A stretch of 64,000 nt of DNA from Candidatus Microgenomates bacterium (GTDB lineage: Bacteria; Patescibacteriota; Microgenomatia; JACQLA01), in NCBI GenBank assembly GCA_016204255.1, contig JACQLA010000003.1, positions 184,088-248,087 on the forward strand, written 5' to 3'. A program made the position numbers and the translations under genes. The notes under the pieces were generated by a model. The model ran no database searches, had not been told where the DNA came from, and was given only the letters and a program-made list of their open reading frames with translations. Each line of letters starts with the position of its first letter. Within the stretch, counting starts at the first letter, position 1. Of this stretch, positions 1 through 11,673 are shown one piece after another.

Positions 1-1707
<1,707 letters not shown>

Positions 1708-1737
1708 AATTCTAAAATTTAAAAGAAGGAGTATTTT

Positions 1738-3786
1738 ATGCCTAGTTTTGTTCCATATATCTTACCTTTTTCTTTAGGAGCTTCTGTTCTTGCGCTTATT
1801 TATGGAAGTTTTTTGATCTGGCGAATTATTGCGCTTCCCAAGGGCGATAAAAAGATGACCGACATCGCCGAAGCGATTGCCGAAGGCGGATCGGCCTACC
1901 TAAAGAGGCAGTATACAATTGTCGCCTGGATCGCTCTTTTAATTTTCGTCATTTTAAGCTGGTTTTTGGGATTTGCCACCGGTGTTGGCTTTCTTTTGGG
2001 CGCCGGATTTTCAGCTTTGGCTGGTTTTGTGGGAATGAATATTTCCGTTCGGGCCAATGTTCGGACAGCGGAAGCAGCCAAAAAGGGGATAAAGGCCGCC
2101 CTAAATGTTGCCTTTCAGGGAGGATCGGTTACCGGTCTTTTCGTGGTCGGGTTAGGACTACTTTTGGTTGCGGGCTATTGGCTATTCCTGACGCAATTTT
2201 TGCAAACAACTATCGAACACGCTTTACGCGCTTTAATTGCTTTAGGTTTTGGGGGATCGCTGATTTCAGTTTTTGCCCGGCTTGGAGGCGGTATCTACAC
2301 TAAAGGTGCTGACGTGGGAACTGATATGGTCGGGAAAATTGAAAAAGGAATTCCCGAGGATGATCCCAGAAATCCGGGAGTCATCGCCGATCAGGTAGGG
2401 GATAATGTTGGTGACTGTGCGGGGATGGCTGCTGATCTTTTTGAAACCTATGTTGTAACGGCCGTAGCCACCATGCTTTTAGGGCATCTTATTTTTGGTG
2501 AAAACTTAGGCGTTATTCTTTACCCTTTAGCCATCGGTGGAGTGGCAATTATTGCTTCTTTACTTGGGACATTCTTTGTTGGGACAAACAAAACATCGGG
2601 TATCATGACGGCGCTTTATAAAGGCTTGGGCGCAGCGGTAGTTTTGGCCGTTATCCTTTTTTATCCCATTACTATCAATTTAATGGGAGGCAATCCTTAT
2701 TTTCCGGTGATGAACCTTTATTATTCATCCCTTCTTGGCCTTTTGACAACAGTAGGAATGGTTGTTATCACCGAATACTATACGGCCAAAAAATTCGGGC
2801 CGGTTTTAGGAATTGCCAAGTCTTCGGAAACCGGACACGGAACCAATATAATTGCCGGTCTTGCAAATTCCATGAAGTCAACTCTTTTACCGGTTCTTTT
2901 AATCGCCGGAGTAACATTGGCCTCATTTTCTTTGGCCGGGCTTTATGGTGTAACGATTGCCGCTATGTCGATGCTTTCACTAACGGGAATAATTATCGCT
3001 ATTGATTCGTTCGGACCGATAACTGACAACGCCGGCGGGATTGCGGAGATGGCCAATTTGGACGAGTCTGTTCGAAAAATAACTGACCCGTTAGATGCGG
3101 TAGGCAATACCACAAAAGCTATTACCAAAGGCTACGCCATTGCCTCAGCAGGACTGGCGGCTTTGGTACTTTTTGCATCTTACACTCAGGAATTAGGGCA
3201 AAAGGGACAGGCCGTTGCTCAAAATTTTGGTCAATTCTCCCTGTCGGATCCTAAAGTCCTGATCGGACTTTTTATTGGAGGAGCTCTACCTTATTTCTTT
3301 GGGGCCTTGGCCATGGAGGCGGTGGGTAAAGCGGGGATGGCCGTGGTTAGCGAGGTTCGAAGACAATTTAAAGAAATTAAAGGCTTGATGGAGGGAAAAG
3401 CCAAGCCCGAGTATGGCAAATGTGTCGATATTGTTACCAAAGCCGCTTTAAGAGAAATGATCGTGCCGGCTTTGATTCCGGTCTTAACCCCCATTTTGGT
3501 GGGTTTCATATTGGGACCTCAGGCACTCGGTGGACTTTTAATCGGAATTATTATCACCGGCCTTTTTGTCGCCATCTCGATGACCACCGGTGGCGCAGCC
3601 TGGGATAATGCCAAAAAATACATTGAAGAGGGGCACCTAGGTGGAAAGGGGTCATTTGCTCACCAAGCCGCGGTTACCGGCGACACCGTTGGCGATCCCT
3701 ATAAAGACACAGCCGGCCCTGCTATCAATCCGATGATTAAAGTGGCCAACATCGTGGCCCTGCTCATCGCCGGATTCTTAGTGTAA
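1738..3786 (+). CDS. hppA: Membrane-bound ion-translocating pyrophosphatase, probably K+-independent H+-PPase
   Basis: [25 protein letters not shown] and [10 protein letters not shown] motifs; GNTTKA has Lys at the position that marks K+-independence; many TM segments. Confidence 0.93.
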   Translation: MPSFVPYILPFSLGASVLALIYGSFLIWRIIALPKGDKKMTDIAEAIAEGGSAYLKRQYTIVAWIALLIFVILSWFLGFATGVGFLLGAGFSALAGFVGMNISVRANVRTAEAAKKGIKAALNVAFQGGSVTGLFVVGLGLLLVAGYWLFLTQFLQTTIEHALRALIALGFGGSLISVFARLGGGIYTKGADVGTDMVGKIEKGIPEDDPRNPGVIADQVGDNVGDCAGMAADLFETYVVTAVATMLLGHLIFGENLGVILYPLAIGGVAIIASLLGTFFVGTNKTSGIMTALYKGLGAAVVLAVILFYPITINLMGGNPYFPVMNLYYSSLLGLLTTVGMVVITEYYTAKKFGPVLGIAKSSETGHGTNIIAGLANSMKSTLLPVLLIAGVTLASFSLAGLYGVTIAAMSMLSLTGIIIAIDSFGPITDNAGGIAEMANLDESVRKITDPLDAVGNTTKAITKGYAIASAGLAALVLFASYTQELGQKGQAVAQNFGQFSLSDPKVLIGLFIGGALPYFFGALAMEAVGKAGMAVVSEVRRQFKEIKGLMEGKAKPEYGKCVDIVTKAALREMIVPALIPVLTPILVGFILGPQALGGLLIGIIITGLFVAISMTTGGAAWDNAKKYIEEGHLGGKGSFAHQAAVTGDTVGDPYKDTAGPAINPMIKVANIVALLIAGFLV

Positions 3787-3788
3787 GG

Positions 3789-3886
3789 AAATCCTAAACA
3801 AATCCAAATGACTAAAATCCAAAATAGTTTTGAGCATTTGATTCTTGAAATTATTTAGAATTTAGATATTAGAAGTTAGAAATTTA
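3789..3886. repeat. Degenerate short-period (~7 bp) AT-rich repeats in two inverted blocks
   Basis: aaatcctaa/aaatccaaa/aaatccaaa units followed by ttagaat/ttagata/ttagaag/ttagaaa units. Confidence 0.5.
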
Positions 3887-3894
3887 TTTTTATT

Positions 3895-6426
3895 ATGAGC
3901 GATATTGGAAAAATACAAGCTGCTGAAATCACACAAGAAATGCAACGGTCCTATTTGGACTATGCAATGTCCGTTATTGTTTCTCGGGCCTTACCGGACG
4001 TTCGTGACGGTTTAAAACCCGTCCATCGCCGCATCCTTTATGCCATGCATCAGATGGGGCTTTCACACGCAGCAAAATACACCAAATCGGCTAAAATTGT
4101 CGGTGAGGTTTTAGGTAAGTATCATCCGCATGGCGATATGCCGGTTTATGATGCTTTAGTCCGGCTGGCTCAGGATTTTTCGATGCGCTACGCCTTAGTC
4201 GATGGACAGGGGAACTATGGATCGGTCGACGGCGATCCGCCGGCCGCCATGCGTTACACGGAAGCCCGCCTGACCGCGATTGCCCAGGAAATGCTTCTGG
4301 ATCTGGAAAAAGAAACCGTCGATTTTGTTCCCAATTTTGATTCAACTCTTAAAGAACCTGTCTTTTTGCCGGCCAAACTTCCGAATTTACTGCTTATGGG
4401 TTCGGAAGGTATCGCGGTTGGTATGGCCACCAAAATCCCTCCGCACAATTTAGGTGAGGTGATTGACGCCATTACCTTTATGATTGGGAAAGCCAACAAA
4501 AAAGCGGAAAACAAAATGGCGGATAAGACAGATCAACAAGCAAAAGAGAACAATGAAATTTCGGCTCAGTCATCCCTTAATTTTGATGTCTCGGTTGAAG
4601 ATCTGATGCAGTTTATAAAAGGCCCCGACTTTCCCACGGGAGCGGCAATTTATGACATCTCGGAAATTACCGCCGCCTACGCGACCGGTAAAGGAAAAAT
4701 TATTATGCGGGCCAAGGCCGAAATCGAGGATATCGGTCAGGGAAAATCAGCTATTATCGTTACGGAGTTACCCTATCAAGTCAATAAGGCTCAGCTTGTC
4801 GCCAAAATTGCAGAACTTGCCAAAGATAAAAAAGTTGAGGGTATTTCGGATTTAAGAGACGAATCAGACCGCCACGGAATCCGGGTGGTGGTTGAGTTAA
4901 AACGCGATACCCGACCGCGCACTGTTTTACAAAATCTTTTTAAACACACCGCAATGCAAACAACCTTTCCTGTCAACCTCGTGGCTTTGGTCGAAGGCAC
5001 GCCTCAAACTTTAACCTTGAAAATGGTTCTGGAAAAATATATCGATCACCGCCGCCAGGTGATTGTCAGGCGATCAGAATTTGAGCTAAAAGAGGCAAAA
5101 GCAAGGCTTCACATTCTTGAGGGATTAAAAATTGCGGTCGATCATATTGATGAGGTTATCGAAACTATTAAAAAATCCAAAGACGCCGATGAGGCCAAGG
5201 GAAAACTTATGGAGCGTTTTGGTTTGAGTGTTATTCAAGCCACGGCCATCCTAGATATGCAGCTTCGCCGCCTTGCGGCACTTGAAAGACAAAAAATTGA
5301 AGACGAGTATGAAATGGTCAAAGAGACCATCGCTTATCTTGAAGATTTATTGGCTCATCCGGAGAAAATTTTAGACTTAATAAAAAGCGAGCTTTTGAAA
5401 GTTAGGGAAAAGTATGTAGACGAGAGGAAAACTCGAGTTTATAAATCCAAACCAGGAGAATTTTCTGAAGAAGATTTAATCCCCAAAGAGAATGTGGTAA
5501 TCACTCTTAGTCAATCGGGATATATTAAGCGACAGTCCTTAAATACGTTTAATATCCAACAGCGGGGTGGCAAGGGGGTTATGGGAATGAAAACTAAAGA
5601 AGGGGATGAGATTGATCATATCCTTTCGGCGTCAACCCATGACAATATTTTGTTCTTTACTAATAAAGGTAAAGTCTATCAAATGCGGGTTTGGGACGTC
5701 CCAGAAGGAACAAGAATCTCTAAAGGACAGGCTATTGTTAATATTATAAACATCGAGCAGGGCGAAATGGTTAGCTCCATCTTAACTTATCCCTCAGACA
5801 CAAAAGGGGAGGGGAAATACATTTTTCTGACTACAGAAAAAGGAACGGTTAAGAAAACTGAACTTTCAGAATATACTAATATTCGTAGAACTGGACTTAT
5901 AACGATTAAGCTCGATAAAGATGATGAGCTTTGCTGGACGAAATTAACCTCCGGTAAAGACGACGTAATTCTGGTCACCCACGACGGTAAATCAATTAGA
6001 TTTAATGAGAACCAGGTACGACCGACTAAAAGAGATACGATGGGGGTACGCGGGATTCTCTGTGGTAAAGACGATTATGTAATCGGGATGGACATTGTTA
6101 AATCTGAAAAAGACGAACTTTTGGTTATTATGGAAAAGGGGTTAGGTAAAAAAACTACCCTTTCCGAATTTCCAAAACAAAGCAGAGGAGGCAAAGGCGT
6201 TAAAGCCTGTGAAACCACCCAAAGAACCGGTAAAGTTATCACCTCCCATATTATTGAACCCAATTGTGACTCCATTATTTTAACATCTGTTAACGGTCAG
6301 GTCGTTAAAATGCCCATAAGTTCTGTTCCCAAACTTTCCCGCGCTACCCAAGGCGTGATCCTGATGCGTTTTTCCGATCCGAAGGATTCATTGGCCGCGG
6401 CGACTTGCCTTACAAAAGAAAAGTAG
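3895..6426 (+). CDS. gyrA: DNA gyrase subunit A
   Basis: [34 protein letters not shown] (catalytic Tyr), GyrA-box QQRGGKG, C-terminal pinwheel repeats. Confidence 0.97.
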   Translation: MSDIGKIQAAEITQEMQRSYLDYAMSVIVSRALPDVRDGLKPVHRRILYAMHQMGLSHAAKYTKSAKIVGEVLGKYHPHGDMPVYDALVRLAQDFSMRYALVDGQGNYGSVDGDPPAAMRYTEARLTAIAQEMLLDLEKETVDFVPNFDSTLKEPVFLPAKLPNLLLMGSEGIAVGMATKIPPHNLGEVIDAITFMIGKANKKAENKMADKTDQQAKENNEISAQSSLNFDVSVEDLMQFIKGPDFPTGAAIYDISEITAAYATGKGKIIMRAKAEIEDIGQGKSAIIVTELPYQVNKAQLVAKIAELAKDKKVEGISDLRDESDRHGIRVVVELKRDTRPRTVLQNLFKHTAMQTTFPVNLVALVEGTPQTLTLKMVLEKYIDHRRQVIVRRSEFELKEAKARLHILEGLKIAVDHIDEVIETIKKSKDADEAKGKLMERFGLSVIQATAILDMQLRRLAALERQKIEDEYEMVKETIAYLEDLLAHPEKILDLIKSELLKVREKYVDERKTRVYKSKPGEFSEEDLIPKENVVITLSQSGYIKRQSLNTFNIQQRGGKGVMGMKTKEGDEIDHILSASTHDNILFFTNKGKVYQMRVWDVPEGTRISKGQAIVNIINIEQGEMVSSILTYPSDTKGEGKYIFLTTEKGTVKKTELSEYTNIRRTGLITIKLDKDDELCWTKLTSGKDDVILVTHDGKSIRFNENQVRPTKRDTMGVRGILCGKDDYVIGMDIVKSEKDELLVIMEKGLGKKTTLSEFPKQSRGGKGVKACETTQRTGKVITSHIIEPNCDSIILTSVNGQVVKMPISSVPKLSRATQGVILMRFSDPKDSLAAATCLTKEK

Positions 6427-6507
6427 ATTGCGTCAACCCCATAGAAATTTGCTTCCCGCACGTTAAAATGAGAAAATAGATTTGTAAATTTAATTTAAAC
6501 AAGTCTG

Positions 6508-6541
6508 ACAAGGACAGACCCTGTACAGGGACGGATCTTGC
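6508..6541. repeat. Two tandem 17-bp imperfect palindromes (REP-like)
   Basis: acaaggacagaccctgt followed directly by acagggacggatcttgc. Confidence 0.4.
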
Positions 6542-6564
6542 AGATCTCATAGATACTTACGGTT

Positions 6565-7437
6565 ATGAAATTTGATGGTCGTGCTTTAGCTCAGAGAATT
6601 TTTCACAAATTGAGCGGAAAAATTAAGAATCTTGAAATTAAGCCACACTTGGTAGTAATTTTAGTGGGGGAGAACCCTGTCTGGGAGGCTTATGTCCGGC
6701 AAAAAAAGAAAAGAGGCGAAGAGATTGGAGCCAAAGTAACCATTGATCAGCAGAAAGAATTTATAACAACCCCAGAGTTAATTAAAGTTATCGAAAAACA
6801 CAACAACGATAGGGGAGTCCACGGAATTATTATTCAGCGCCCATTGCCGCCGCAAATTGACGGACAAGCCATTGCTCTGGCTGTTGCGCCCGCAAAAGAT
6901 GTCGATGGGTTTCATCCAGACTCGCCACACCCGATGCCAGTGGCTGATGCAGTCATGAAAATTCTTAAAGAAATCCAAGGTAATAATCAAGAATTTAATA
7001 AGTGGCTAAATTCTAAAAACATTGTCGTTATCGGCAAAGGGGAAACCGCGGGTGGACCGATTATTTCGGCTTTAGAAAAATTAGGAAACACACCAAAAGT
7101 AATAGACAGTCAAACTAAAAATCCCGAACTTTTGACCAAAAATGCCGATATTTTAATCAGCTGTGTGGGTAAAGAATCTGTTGTTACCCAAGAGATGCTT
7201 AAAAAAGGCCTGCCTGCCAATAGGCAGGGAGCTATTCTCATCGGTGTCGGCCTTCACAAAGATAACCAAGGAAAACTTGCCGGCGATTATGATGAAAATG
7301 AGATAAAAGATATCGCTGCCTTTTATACGCCTGTCCCCGGGGGTGTTGGCCCCGTTAATGTGGCCTGCCTTCTTGAAAATCTTGTCGGTGCCTGCCTCGC
7401 CGAGTCAAGGCGGGCCTGCCTCAAACAACAAAAATAA
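6565..7437 (+). CDS. folD: Methylenetetrahydrofolate dehydrogenase/cyclohydrolase
   Basis: YVRQK, GIIIQRPLP, KDVDGFH and TPVPGGVGP motifs. Confidence 0.92.
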   Translation: MKFDGRALAQRIFHKLSGKIKNLEIKPHLVVILVGENPVWEAYVRQKKKRGEEIGAKVTIDQQKEFITTPELIKVIEKHNNDRGVHGIIIQRPLPPQIDGQAIALAVAPAKDVDGFHPDSPHPMPVADAVMKILKEIQGNNQEFNKWLNSKNIVVIGKGETAGGPIISALEKLGNTPKVIDSQTKNPELLTKNADILISCVGKESVVTQEMLKKGLPANRQGAILIGVGLHKDNQGKLAGDYDENEIKDIAAFYTPVPGGVGPVNVACLLENLVGACLAESRRACLKQQK

Positions 7438-7452
7438 CCTATATTTCGGGTT

Positions 7453-7550
7453 TTCATTTTGGGGAGCCCGCATAGACCGCGGGCGACTCCAGAATCTGAT
7501 TCTGGACAAGCTCGCCTCGCTAAAGCCTCGACGGAGCGGGCCAGAATGAC
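7453..7550. repeat. Composite palindromic REP-like element
   Basis: tcattttgg...ccagaatga ends; internal ccagaatc/gattctgg palindrome and cccgc...gcggg mini-hairpin. Confidence 0.65.
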
Positions 7551-7598
7551 AAGGGTACGAAACTTGCATCTATTCAACATTTCAACCTGCTTATTTTT

Positions 7599-8150
7599 AT
7601 GTCTATTAAACAGGAAAGATTTATTAATGGTTTTGAAAAACCGCGGGAGGAATTACTTTCTCCAGGAGAGTTAGAAATTTTAAAACTCATGGCGCGCGGA
7701 TTAAGTGAAGCGGAAATTCATAAGGAATCAGGGATTCCTATTCAGCTTTTAAGACACCTTCTTTACCGCGATCCCGCCCATTACAAAAGTCCAAATGTAA
7801 AACAAAAGGGAATTCTTCCAAAACTCGGGGCTCAAAGTCGTGAACAAGCTGTCTTGAAAGCGCTTGATTTGGGTTTTTTAGATCTTGGAGAAATAGAACG
7901 AAAGTCTGGCTTTAATCTGGAAAGATACGCAGAGTTAGACGATAAAGAAACACAATTATTGAATGTGCTTGATGATTCCTCTCATTCTGGACGAAATCAG
8001 ATTCTCGCTGAAAGATTAGGCGTGGTAAGAGATACCGTTAAAGATCAATTGAGCAGTATCTACAGAAAATTAGAAGTTTCAAATAAGATGCAAGTCGCCC
8101 TTTTTCATCGAATTGTCAAATCAAAACCACCACTTCAGTTGCCAAATTAA
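7599..8150 (+). CDS. Double LuxR-type HTH protein, no receiver domain
   Basis: Two LuxR-like units: LSPGELEILKLMARGLSEAEI and RNQILAERLGVVRDTVKDQLSSIYRKLEV. Confidence 0.8.
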   Translation: MSIKQERFINGFEKPREELLSPGELEILKLMARGLSEAEIHKESGIPIQLLRHLLYRDPAHYKSPNVKQKGILPKLGAQSREQAVLKALDLGFLDLGEIERKSGFNLERYAELDDKETQLLNVLDDSSHSGRNQILAERLGVVRDTVKDQLSSIYRKLEVSNKMQVALFHRIVKSKPPLQLPN

Positions 8151-8222
8151 TCAAAATGGCCTATAATTGAGCATCAATTAGACGAGCCGCGTAAGACGCG
8201 GCGAAGTATAATAGAAAACCTT

Positions 8223-8759
8223 ATGACCATAGAAAGATACATACCGACTACTGCAGTTGAAGGCGAACAAAGCAGCCTTTTAACCTCCCGACAAATCGAG
8301 ATCCTTAAATTAGTAACCTATGGTTTGACTTATAAGGAAATCGCTGCGAGACTATTAATTTCAGATCAGACCGTCAAAAACCATTTAACTCAACGTTCAG
8401 AATTTGGATCGATCCCTAAAGGAATCTTTGATCGACTTAATGTACAAACTAGAGAACAGGCTGTTTTAAAAGGACTCGAATTAGGTTATTTAGATTTAAA
8501 CGATATTGTCGAAAATTCCGGTTTACAACTCAACAAAATTGTGTTACTCACCCCCAGAGAAATTGATGTTATACACAAGCTTTCTGATCCCGAATGTGTA
8601 GGGAATAATAAAGTCACTGCTAAATCGCTAGGAATTTCTCCCGCCACATTGCATTATCATATGGAAAATATCTGCAAAAAATTAGAGGTCAAAAACCGAA
8701 TTCAGGCGATGGTTTTTCACCTGGCAGTTAAAAGAGAATTGGGGGTAGTAAATGAGTAG
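8223..8759 (+). CDS. Double LuxR-type HTH protein, no receiver domain
   Basis: LTSRQIEILKLVTYGLTYKEIAARLLISDQTVKNH and LTPREIDV...SLGISPATLHYHMENICKKLEV. Confidence 0.85.
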   Translation: MTIERYIPTTAVEGEQSSLLTSRQIEILKLVTYGLTYKEIAARLLISDQTVKNHLTQRSEFGSIPKGIFDRLNVQTREQAVLKGLELGYLDLNDIVENSGLQLNKIVLLTPREIDVIHKLSDPECVGNNKVTAKSLGISPATLHYHMENICKKLEVKNRIQAMVFHLAVKRELGVVNE

Positions 8760-9288
8760 AGAAAGAGTTATAGATTATCCCCGCCAGAGCGTGTTAAGCC
8801 CGCAGAAAAGAGAAATTCTTGAGCGTGTAGCCATTGGTCAAACCAATGCTGAAATCGCCAGGGCATTTGGTAATGCGCTCGCAACAGTTGTAAGTCATCT
8901 GCGCGGGGAAAATAACTCAATTCAGCATCGATTAGGAGCACGAAGGCAAGGCCAGGCAATCCTTAAGGCGTTTGAAATGGGGGAGCTGGATTTAATAACA
9001 ATAGTTGAAAAATGTAACTTTGACTTTGACCGCTATAAAAAACTGATGCCAAGAGAAATTCAAGTTTTAGACAAACTTACCAATCCTTCTCGTCGAATGG
9101 GAAACAAAGATATCGCAGATGTAATGCATATCGGCCGCGATGCCGTCCGACTTTCTTTATACAGCATCGGGAAAAAATTAGGAGTCAGTAAGAGGGAAGA
9201 GATGATAGTTTTTCATCTGGCGGCTACAACTTATCCTTTTGAAAAATCGGTAAGATACAATGGGGTAGTTGAAGAATCGGGTTTTTAG
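8752..9288 (+). CDS. Double LuxR-type HTH protein, no receiver domain
   Basis: LSPQKREILERVAIGQTNAEIA and LMPREIQVL...GNKDIADVMHIG...IGKKLGV; overlaps previous gene by 8 bp. Confidence 0.82.
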   Translation: MSRERVIDYPRQSVLSPQKREILERVAIGQTNAEIARAFGNALATVVSHLRGENNSIQHRLGARRQGQAILKAFEMGELDLITIVEKCNFDFDRYKKLMPREIQVLDKLTNPSRRMGNKDIADVMHIGRDAVRLSLYSIGKKLGVSKREEMIVFHLAATTYPFEKSVRYNGVVEESGF

Positions 9289-10620
9289 TTACCGGGATAC
9301 TCCTCGCTGGCCGATGTCGGTACGATAATGCATGGGGACGAAGAAAATTTTCCCTTCGGGAACCTCTCCCTTCCGCATTTCTACCGTGGTAGCAATAGAC
9401 CGATAAGCTCGATTGGCAGCGATTTTTGGAGTTGAGCCAAGACCGGCAACAAGGGCCACCCGTCCGCCTGAAGTTAGGATTTTTCCATCTTCATTTCTGG
9501 TTCCCGCTTGAAAAACGACAACATCTCTTTTTTTGGCAACTTCTTCAAGCCCAAAAATTTCTTTACCCGTTTCGTACTCTCCCGGATAACCGCTGGATGT
9601 TAAAACCACACCAACACAATACTCATTCGACCATCGTAAAGGAGTCTTATCTAATCTTCCATCAACCAAAGCATCAAAAGCTTGGATAAGGGGAGTTTGG
9701 AGTAGGGGCAAGGCTCCTTGAGTTTCCGGGTCCCCGCCGCGGCAGTTTATTTCCAAAACTTTGGGACCATCTTTTGTCATCATCAAACCGGCATAGATAA
9801 ATCCTTTGTAGGGGCCCGAGTTTGCTCCCGCTTTTTGAACAATTGGTCTTAGAATCTGTTCAGTCAAAGGCCTTAGATCTTCCGGACTAATCACTTCCCA
9901 GAAGGGAGCAACAACACCCATTCCGCCGGTATTTGGACCCCTATCACCATCAGAAACCTGTTTATAATCCTCCATGGGAATTAGCGGCTGGATTGTCTCT
10001 CCGTCGGTTAAAGCAATTAAGGAAACTTCCCTGCCTTCAAGTTTTTCTTCGATTACCACGCGGTCGCCGGCCGAACCAAATTCTCTGTCAACCATCAATC
10101 TTTTCAAGGAATTTTGAGCTTCTTCAAGGGTTTGGCAAACGAAAACACCTTTACCTCCGCATAAACCATCAGCTTTTATCACCACCCCATCCCGCTCCCA
10201 AGCGGCTAAAAAATCTCGAGCATTCTGATAAATACTAAAGGTAGCAAAATCCGGCCCGGGAATACCCCAGCTGGCTAAAGCGTGTCGGGCATCTGCTTTA
10301 CTTGTTTCAAGTCTTGCAGCTGATTGTGTAGGCCCGACAATTCTTTGACCTCTATCGTTAAATTCATTGACGATTCCTTTTGCCAAAGGTTCTTCCGGCC
10401 CGACCACTGTCAGATAAATATTATTTTCCCGTGCATAATCGGCTAACTTTCGCGGATCATCTATTCCAATCCCAGCGTTTGTGCCGCTTTGGGAAAGATC
10501 CGCATTGCCGGGTTCGGTGTAGTGGATTTTCACAGTTGGATCTTTTCCCAAAGACCAAGCATAAGCACTTTCCCGAGCGCCATTCCCAACTATCAAAATT
10601 TTTTTAAGAGTTTCCGGCAT
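9289..10620 (-). CDS. purD: Phosphoribosylamine-glycine ligase
   Basis: GNGARE, VVGPEEPL, VIKADGLCGGKGV, GPNTGGMG, RGGDPETQ and TSGGRV motifs. Confidence 0.95.
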   Translation of the reverse strand: MPETLKKILIVGNGARESAYAWSLGKDPTVKIHYTEPGNADLSQSGTNAGIGIDDPRKLADYARENNIYLTVVGPEEPLAKGIVNEFNDRGQRIVGPTQSAARLETSKADARHALASWGIPGPDFATFSIYQNARDFLAAWERDGVVIKADGLCGGKGVFVCQTLEEAQNSLKRLMVDREFGSAGDRVVIEEKLEGREVSLIALTDGETIQPLIPMEDYKQVSDGDRGPNTGGMGVVAPFWEVISPEDLRPLTEQILRPIVQKAGANSGPYKGFIYAGLMMTKDGPKVLEINCRGGDPETQGALPLLQTPLIQAFDALVDGRLDKTPLRWSNEYCVGVVLTSSGYPGEYETGKEIFGLEEVAKKRDVVVFQAGTRNEDGKILTSGGRVALVAGLGSTPKIAANRAYRSIATTVEMRKGEVPEGKIFFVPMHYRTDIGQRGVSR

Positions 10621-10626
10621 AAATTA

Positions 10627-11661
10627 TTATCCCAATTTCGCGGCTTCTTCGCGAACAATCCCACGGACTCGCCTGTGAACTTCGATTATAGGAGAAAGGT
10701 CTTCAACTCCTGCGATTAAATTATAATTCCCTCTATTGGAATCCGGTTCCCACCATGCGCCTCCTTCCTTTTGGGGCCTCATAGTACGATTTTCTTGTGA
10801 TGAGACAAATCTATGTACTTCTGTTAAACCGCCTTCCGAGTGTTTTATGCAAAGGGGTAGTAAATCACGGAAATCAGTGGTTGCCAAAGCCACGTTACCT
10901 TCATTTAAAGCGTATTCGTTGGCGTTAAAAGCAACCGCAGTTCCGCCTTCATTTCTTACCGCCCCCAGCATTACCATATCGGTAATACTGTCTCCAACAA
11001 CTACAATATCTCCCAAACCCACTTTATTTTCTTGGCATATAGCATGCAAAGCTTCCACTTTCCGATTCCCACCATTAACTCTGACTTCATTTAATGGTTC
11101 AAGCCCGCTTTCTGGTAAAATTTCCCAGAAAAATTCATCTAACATCTCCTTGATTTCTTTATCTTTTCCTTCAATCGGGTAAAGTTCCCGAAGCATTCTT
11201 GCCTGTGTTCGCCCAACAAAAGAGAGTAGAGTGGGACTAAATCTTTGACCCAGCTCGTCTAAAGCAAAACGAGTGCAGTGGACATGGCTTTCCTCAACGC
11301 CTACCCGCTGGGCGATATTAAGGGCATGTGGTCTATAACTTGTAGAGTTGATGTAAACCTCCCAATCACTACTTCTCAACCAAGTAATGGCCTCTGGAGC
11401 ACCATTAACTAACATTGCGGTGTCAGAAACGCTTTTTATATCCTTCTCTTTTATTCCGTTATAAATCAGGTAGGGAGCGATTAAGGCTAGAGTGTCGCCT
11501 GGTTCATAATTCTCCCTTCCTTCTAATGTTAAAAGATCGTCATAGCGTGAAATAGCTTCAAAAATTTTGCCCCCATCTGGAATAAGCTTCATGAGTTCAT
11601 AGGCATTATCTTGCGGTGAAAGAGGACCTTCTAAATCGAAAACACCAATCTTTCTTTTCAT
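10627..11661 (-). CDS. HAD-superfamily hydrolase of archaeal type (COG4030/EhaR-like)
   Basis: Motif I variant FDLEGPLSPQDNAYEL, ISRYDD, YEPGDTL, STSY, motif IV VGDSITD. Confidence 0.7.
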   Translation of the reverse strand: MKRKIGVFDLEGPLSPQDNAYELMKLIPDGGKIFEAISRYDDLLTLEGRENYEPGDTLALIAPYLIYNGIKEKDIKSVSDTAMLVNGAPEAITWLRSSDWEVYINSTSYRPHALNIAQRVGVEESHVHCTRFALDELGQRFSPTLLSFVGRTQARMLRELYPIEGKDKEIKEMLDEFFWEILPESGLEPLNEVRVNGGNRKVEALHAICQENKVGLGDIVVVGDSITDMVMLGAVRNEGGTAVAFNANEYALNEGNVALATTDFRDLLPLCIKHSEGGLTEVHRFVSSQENRTMRPQKEGGAWWEPDSNRGNYNLIAGVEDLSPIIEVHRRVRGIVREEAAKLG

Positions 11662-11673
11662 TTTATTTCCTTT

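Noticed and set aside
1896-6275. Many 60-90 aa ORFs overlapping hppA and gyrA (and similar ones throughout the window)
   Set aside because: Antisense or out-of-frame shadows of well-supported genes, with no motifs
7323-7674. Short ORFs 7323..7580, 7343..7549 and 7459..7674
   Set aside because: They read through a GC-rich palindromic repeat and overlap real genes
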